Source of the DNA: Candidatus Heimdallarchaeota archaeon
GTDB lineage: Archaea > Asgardarchaeota > Heimdallarchaeia > Hodarchaeales > Hodarchaeaceae
DNA: 64,000 nt
Assembly: GCA_020353515.1 (NCBI GenBank)
Contig: CP070695.1
Span: 3,424,050-3,488,049 of the forward strand
Reading direction: 5' to 3'
Below are positions 58,815 to 64,000 of this stretch, piece after piece (positions within the stretch are counted from its first letter, which is position 1; each line of letters begins with the position of its first letter). Position numbers and translations under genes: made by a program. The notes under the pieces were generated by a model. The model was not told the DNA's origin and searched no databases. It worked only from the letters and a program-made list of their open reading frames with translations.

Positions 58815-59402
58815 CTAAACCTCATTAGTCTTTTGCCAAAATTTTATACTAAACCCTTTTCTATCTAGATTCTTTGGATGAAAGAGTTTTTCTCCACGTC
58901 TAGCAATGAAGCTATCAGAATGAACTATCTGGATATTTTTGAGATCTGCATAAAGCAATGCTGTATCTCGTTGATTGAATCGCTCAAGATGTTTTTTGAC
59001 TTTCTCGGGAAGTCCTCCCTCTCCAAAAAATAAAATCCACAACCATTCCAGTTCTAATTCAGATCGAAAGGAAGTTATTTCCCGAACCCAATCAACAAGA
59101 GTTGACCACTTAATTTTCGCTGTATTCTCTATATGGATGGCTGCGCACCCAACAATATATGTTGGTGAAGCCAAAAATGCAAAAGCTCTAGATAGGAGGA
59201 ACCCTTTACCTTTTACTCCTCCGTAGACAAATAGATCTACATCATTTTTTTGAAGTACCTTTGATTTCTTCAATGCTCTTGAAATGTTAAATCCTCTAAA
59301 TGACCTATCAAAGTTCGCAATCCAACGCCCTCCTTTAATCATTAACTCATTTTCGATGTATCGAAGGTATTTCTCTTTAACAGAAAGATTCTGAGAAATC
59401 AA
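58815..59402 (-). CDS. hypothetical protein (alpha/beta)
   Basis: 195 aa, TTG start; GRWIANF, VDLFVYG, FLLSR motifs. Confidence 0.6.
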   Translation of the reverse strand: MISQNLSVKEKYLRYIENELMIKGGRWIANFDRSFRGFNISRALKKSKVLQKNDVDLFVYGGVKGKGFLLSRAFAFLASPTYIVGCAAIHIENTAKIKWSTLVDWVREITSFRSELELEWLWILFFGEGGLPEKVKKHLERFNQRDTALLYADLKNIQIVHSDSFIARRGEKLFHPKNLDRKGFSIKFWQKTNEV

Positions 59403-59448
59403 TATTTTTCGTTATTCCTGTAAATCGAGAATTTTTAAAAATTTTGGG

Positions 59449-59458
59449 AAAAAAAAAA
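59449..59458 (-). terminator. oligo-T terminator of the APC permease gene
   Basis: T10 on the minus strand about 15 nt after the stop codon. Confidence 0.5.
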
Positions 59459-59472
59459 GGGGAGGGATGGAT

Positions 59473-61287
59473 TTATTCTGGGGGGATTGAAGCATAGATC
59501 GTAGAAAAGTCCACACCACGTGCTGTGTAGTACCTTTTCATAACAATGTAGATCACTGCACCTATCACAATCAAGAATATATACCACCAGAACCACCAAT
59601 TGATGGTTCCAATTGGATCAGCCATATCAGGAATCAATCCGCCACCTACTGCGAGATCAGGGATAAATGGCGGTATAAATCCTAGGAATCCTGTCAAACC
59701 TTCCAGGGGTAATAGTACTCCTGCACTAGCCGGCCCTAGAATTATCAGGTCAATGTATATATTCAAGATCAAGGCGATAATACCAATGACTACAACAGCT
59801 TCTCTTCCTGTTATCTTCGGACGCCAAGCACTCCGTTCATAAACATCTTTCAGCTTACTCGGGAGAATAATGGCAGAGACACATGCTGCTGTGAAGAACA
59901 CAGCGTCAAGAAGGTCAGTTCCACCGATTGATCCACCAGGATTGAAAATATCACCTAGAATTGTTCCAATGACTGGGATATCGCCAATGAATGTTTTTTG
60001 AATAGCATCAGCTTCTCCAACGCAACCAAGACATGCAACCACCGCACAGAATATGATAGCGTTCGTGGGAGAATGCCATCTCTCATCTACTTTGGCAAAG
60101 GCTTCGGGTAGAGCTCTATCGAACGACATTGCGAAGACTATACGGGACGATGTGGTTATGAAGGGTGGTAAGTCGTTTGCGAGCCATAAAATGGCGGCTA
60201 TTGCGAAAAAGACGTTTAATATATCAAGTCCCATACCAGTTGCAGAATACATTGCTATAATTGGCATCCAGCCATGACCAGGATACCCTGGCTGTCCCTT
60301 TCCAGCTCCTTGGCCTAAATAAGCTAGGGCTTGGAAGAAGGTCCAACCACCGCCACCACCAGTAGAGTGAGGGATACTACTTGCTAGGCTGAGGAATGTG
60401 CTGATTGTGATGTATACACCTAGGATTATAAATCCTGCTGCAAGATGTGATATCGGTAATGATCGATTTGCTTCCTTAACTTCACCTGCGGCGAATGATA
60501 TTGCTGCGTATCCAATCCAAGACCAGTAAGCACCCATGATTGAAGCATTCACTGCATCAACATAGGTATCTGCTCTCACACCATCGATTCCGACTTCAAC
60601 AGCTTTTTCAATCCAATTATCAGTTGTGTGTCCAGTTATTTTTACAACTCCTCCAGTTGTAGGGTCTGATAGAAGCGTTGGATCTAAAACTGCTAGAAAG
60701 AGGAAGAGGTAAATGAGGAGAGTAATCGCTGCTGGGATCCAGAACATTAGGTGAAGGAACTTTCCAGTCATAGAGGTACCGAAATAGGCTAGACCAGCAA
60801 ATGCAAAAGTGAAGACAACACCTAGTACTAGTAGTACTAATGGGTCTGTCAAAAAGTCAAGTCCTGTAACTCCTGCTACTGGGAGGAAGATAGCTGCAAA
60901 TTCAACGCATAGTACAGCAATTAAACCATATGATAGGGCAATACCCATAAATTCTGCCCATGCGCATACGAAACCGACTCCTGGGCTAATAGTTCTTGAA
61001 ATATATACATAACCGCCACCAGCTCGGGGCATTGCTGTAGCCATTACTGCAAAGACAAAAACAGTGGCTATAGATGCTGCACCTGTGATTAAGAATGCAA
61101 TAACGAGAGGATCGACTGGTAACATCATGTCTGATGGGTGCAAGGGTGCTGTTCCCGTTGTTTTAAAGACTCTTTGTTGCCAACCACCACCGATAACATT
61201 GCTTAGGATGAAAATAGTAGCAGTTACTACCCCTATCTCTCTGACTAGTCCGGTTGCGTCTCGGACATAGGTTTTTGATTCACTCAT
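59473..61287 (-). CDS. APC family amino acid permease
   Basis: YVRDATGLVREI, MPRAGGGYVYISR, AGEVK, SRIVFAMSFDRALP, C-terminal IPPE; AGGTGA RBS. Confidence 0.9.
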   Translation of the reverse strand: MSESKTYVRDATGLVREIGVVTATIFILSNVIGGGWQQRVFKTTGTAPLHPSDMMLPVDPLVIAFLITGAASIATVFVFAVMATAMPRAGGGYVYISRTISPGVGFVCAWAEFMGIALSYGLIAVLCVEFAAIFLPVAGVTGLDFLTDPLVLLVLGVVFTFAFAGLAYFGTSMTGKFLHLMFWIPAAITLLIYLFLFLAVLDPTLLSDPTTGGVVKITGHTTDNWIEKAVEVGIDGVRADTYVDAVNASIMGAYWSWIGYAAISFAAGEVKEANRSLPISHLAAGFIILGVYITISTFLSLASSIPHSTGGGGGWTFFQALAYLGQGAGKGQPGYPGHGWMPIIAMYSATGMGLDILNVFFAIAAILWLANDLPPFITTSSRIVFAMSFDRALPEAFAKVDERWHSPTNAIIFCAVVACLGCVGEADAIQKTFIGDIPVIGTILGDIFNPGGSIGGTDLLDAVFFTAACVSAIILPSKLKDVYERSAWRPKITGREAVVVIGIIALILNIYIDLIILGPASAGVLLPLEGLTGFLGFIPPFIPDLAVGGGLIPDMADPIGTINWWFWWYIFLIVIGAVIYIVMKRYYTARGVDFSTIYASIPPE

Positions 61288-61465
61288 TTATGTCACCTTT
61301 AAAATCTAACAAAATTTTTCGAATTTTTTTATCTTATCACTGAAAACTCACTGTACATGCCTTTGAGAATAACACTATGTCTTCTCTAAGGCGAATATCA
61401 ACGTATAATTCATTGTGATGCTTACAAGAGTTTAGATTTGACCTACAATGTAAGCATTCCGCACG
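61288..61465 (-). promoter_or_regulatory. long structured 5' leader of the APC permease (candidate cis-regulatory RNA)
   Basis: TATA-like TTTATAAT at 61496-61489; hairpins 61418-61457 and 61359-61392, both extended by G-U pairs only on the minus strand. Confidence 0.45.
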
Positions 61466-61856
61466 AAAATTTACGCGCTTAGAATCAAATTATAAACGTT
61501 TCGCATATTACTCATAAATTCTGACTGGTTAGAAAAGATGAAATATTCATGATAAATTTTTATTCATAATCTGACGTAACCCGATTGGAATGTTTCTTAT
61601 TTAATAGAAATCTTAACTATTTCAAACATATCGCTTGAAAAATCTTCCCTATCACCTCTTGATTATCAGATAAATGGTAGGCAAAATTATAATTAATATA
61701 TCATATAATTTTCTTTTCACTACTTTTGATTAGCTTAAGATATATATTCGAAAAATTAATAATTAGTTTGATATCAGAGTGTTGATCGTATTTCTTGTTG
61801 GAATTCATAGAACAAACGAATATGATTAACAAGTTATTAAATCAGATGGTGTAAAC

Positions 61857-62867
61857 ATGGTAAGATTCTTTTTCTGTACAGATATACATGGTTCCGAAGC
61901 AGTTTGGAGAAAATTCTTGAATACTGCAAAATATCTCAAAGTAGATACATTAATTATGGGTGGGGATATTACTGGTAAGAGAATTGTACCAATAATTCAA
62001 CAACCAGATGGAACATGGAAAGGGAGTATTTATGGTGTCGATGATCAGCAAGTAGGAATGAGAACCGAAGAAGAGCTTTTGGATTTTGAAAGAAGAGCAA
62101 GATTTGCTGGTTGCTATACTCATCGCTTAACCCCTGAAGAAGACGCAATATTATCATCCTCAGATTCTATCTCTGAGGATAACAAAATGATCAAAGGAGG
62201 AGCTCTCGACCAATTATTTGACAAGGTTGAAGCTGAAGGTCTTCAGCTCTGGATTGATATGATCGATGATGTTATGAATGATGGTGAGAAACGGGTACCA
62301 GAGGGAACAAAAATTATTATTTGTCCTGGAAATGACGATAAATTTGCTATTGATGAAATTATAGAAAAAGATCCACGAGTTATCTTCGGAGAAGGAGCTA
62401 AAGTTGATCTTGATGATGATCACGAAATGATATCCTATGGATGGACAAACCCTACTCCTTGGCATACCTATAGGGAGTGTGATGATGAAACAATAGGGAA
62501 AAAGATTGAAGAATTAATCTCACTCATTGATAATATGAATAATGCTGTTTTTTGTTTTCATTGTCCCCCACATGATTCAATTATTGATGAAGCTCCATTG
62601 CTAAATGAAGATCTTACTTATGTTGGGTATAGTGGTGGAGAACCGATTAGAGGACCTGTAGGTTGTAAAGCCGTTAGATCAGCTATCGAAAAATATCAAC
62701 CTCTTATGGGTCTCTTTGGGCATATTCACGAGTCTGCTGGAAGTATGAAAATCGGAAGAACATACTGTTTAAATCCTGGGAGTGAATATACGGAAGCTAT
62801 TCTCAAAGGATTCTTAGTAGAGCTCAAGAAAGGTAAGATAAAGAGAATGCAGAGAGTAGAATCCTAA
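61857..62867 (+). CDS. calcineurin-like (Icc-type) metallophosphoesterase
   Basis: TDIHGS, GGDITGK, PGNDD, HCPP, GHIHES, NPGSEY. Confidence 0.88.
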   Translation: MVRFFFCTDIHGSEAVWRKFLNTAKYLKVDTLIMGGDITGKRIVPIIQQPDGTWKGSIYGVDDQQVGMRTEEELLDFERRARFAGCYTHRLTPEEDAILSSSDSISEDNKMIKGGALDQLFDKVEAEGLQLWIDMIDDVMNDGEKRVPEGTKIIICPGNDDKFAIDEIIEKDPRVIFGEGAKVDLDDDHEMISYGWTNPTPWHTYRECDDETIGKKIEELISLIDNMNNAVFCFHCPPHDSIIDEAPLLNEDLTYVGYSGGEPIRGPVGCKAVRSAIEKYQPLMGLFGHIHESAGSMKIGRTYCLNPGSEYTEAILKGFLVELKKGKIKRMQRVES

Positions 62868-63033
62868 CATCATTCTTCATTAAATGAACTATAAAGTATT
62901 TAGAGGAAAATACTTAAAGTAGGATTTAGTGATAGACAAGAGTTAGAAATCATCATCCATATCACTAAAAAAACCTTATAAGTATTTACATCTCTCAACA
63001 CTAATGGTATAAAATGAAAAGAAGGAGAAAAAC

Positions 63034-63894
63034 ATGGACAACTCAATGAAAGCGCACAACGATTCTTTGATGAAAAATGGCTATGAAATATTGCAGCAAT
63101 GCAAAGAAAAATCAATTCCATGTTTTCTTTGGGGTGGTGGTGCAATCTATCACCTACTTGGGGGAAGATTGGATTATCGAATAATGAGTGATTTAGAATT
63201 CTTTATTCCTAAAAAAGCTGATAAAGCGATGCAGAAAGTCCTAACGGAGATGGATTTTTATCCAAATAGACCTTTCAATATGATGCAGAATATGTCAAGG
63301 ACACCAAGAAGAGAGTTTTATCGTCCTAATCGTGAGCTTTCGAAATCAGAAATTGAAGAGTTGACACAAGGTCGGAAAAATAACATTGAAGAGGTTGAAT
63401 ACCAGAAAATAGAATTGTTTGTTGATGGTATTCGAATGTGTTGGACTTTTAAATTTTCTGAACTACCACCAAGTTACTCTGAAACTTTAATTTGCCCGCC
63501 AGGGTTCCAAATAGCGCTTAAAGCAAATGCTATCCATCCTGATGATTTCGACTTAAAGGATATCCAAGACATTTCTAGTATATTGAACGCAAATGGTCAG
63601 ATCGGTCCAAAAGACTCAATCTTTTCTGAACCAAAGTTGGATCCTCATCTAGGCTTTTCTATCGGTACAGAAATTTTCGGGCTTTTAGCAAAATCTAAAT
63701 CGCAATTTCCTTCAACTATGATCAGGAATTTTCAAGAAACTTTGAAATATACTGGGCCTATTTGTTGTAATGAGGATGGAAAAGGCAAATTAGCAAAAAT
63801 CGTTGAATTTTTACAACCTCTTGATTCAAAAAAAGGATTCTTAGCAAAAGTAAGAATGGAAAAACCTGAACGAGTAGATGCGCGCCATATCTGA
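63034..63894 (+). CDS. nucleotidyltransferase-fold hypothetical protein
   Basis: LWGGGAI..RIMSDLEF, IELFVD..RMC, KDIQDI. Confidence 0.6.
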   Translation: MDNSMKAHNDSLMKNGYEILQQCKEKSIPCFLWGGGAIYHLLGGRLDYRIMSDLEFFIPKKADKAMQKVLTEMDFYPNRPFNMMQNMSRTPRREFYRPNRELSKSEIEELTQGRKNNIEEVEYQKIELFVDGIRMCWTFKFSELPPSYSETLICPPGFQIALKANAIHPDDFDLKDIQDISSILNANGQIGPKDSIFSEPKLDPHLGFSIGTEIFGLLAKSKSQFPSTMIRNFQETLKYTGPICCNEDGKGKLAKIVEFLQPLDSKKGFLAKVRMEKPERVDARHI

Positions 63895-64000
63895 TTAAAA
63901 AGATAAGATTTTCCATTAAAGATATCGAATGGAAAATATTTCAGCATAAAAAGGAATTAATCTTTGGGTTTTTCAAGGAGATGCTTTCCACTAAAGATTC

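Noticed and set aside
58812-58817. Pyrrolysine-type readthrough of the in-frame TAG
   Set aside because: No pyl genes in the window and many ordinary TAG stops; RBS plus ATT start is simpler
61461-61478. Third hairpin GCGCG/CGUGC at the 5' end of the permease leader
   Set aside because: Mostly upstream of the TATA-predicted start and only 5 bp, so not counted as leader structure
406-63947. Many short antisense or alternate-frame ORFs in the track (e.g. 1153-1545, 22551-22844, 33641-34006, 49442-50005, 50822-51190, 58612-58806)
   Set aside because: They overlap well-supported genes and carry no motifs; treated as shadow ORFs
1-64000. CRISPR arrays, tRNA/rRNA genes, IS elements, integrases
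   Set aside because: No regularly spaced repeats, cloverleaf/rRNA-like GC-rich segments or transposase motifs seen by eye; a tRNAscan/Infernal run would be needed to exclude small RNAs

Overview
AT-rich, gene-dense archaeal chromosome segment with about 56 protein-coding genes. I found no rRNA, tRNA, CRISPR array or transposase. The gene content points to an Asgard archaeon, most likely Heimdallarchaeia (inference): a Heimdall-type profilin, a DENN-like protein, tandem longin-like proteins, SerK, MfnA and F420-dependent NADP reductase. Housekeeping and metabolic genes include peptidases M28/M32/M42/M20, ECF/ABC/MFS/ZIP/APC transporters, ThyX, aminotransferases and PMM/PGM. The most notable observations are: (i) a tandem pair of paralogous double-longin-like proteins resembling a primitive Mon1-Ccz1-type heterodimer (32.5-34.7 kb); (ii) a DENN-like GEF gene next to a CCDC47/PAT-complex-like membrane protein gene (56.1-58.3 kb); (iii) an APC permease with a long structured 5' leader, divergent from a metallophosphoesterase and nucleotidyltransferase-like pair (58.3-63.9 kb); (iv) an ECF S-component fused to a Cys-less sulfite-oxidase/Moco-type domain; (v) two apparent pseudoenzymes; (vi) three endonuclease-less N6-adenine DNA methylases; and (vii) probable ATT/ATA starts and an unannotated small ORF. 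All family calls come from motif recognition by eye; no searches were run.
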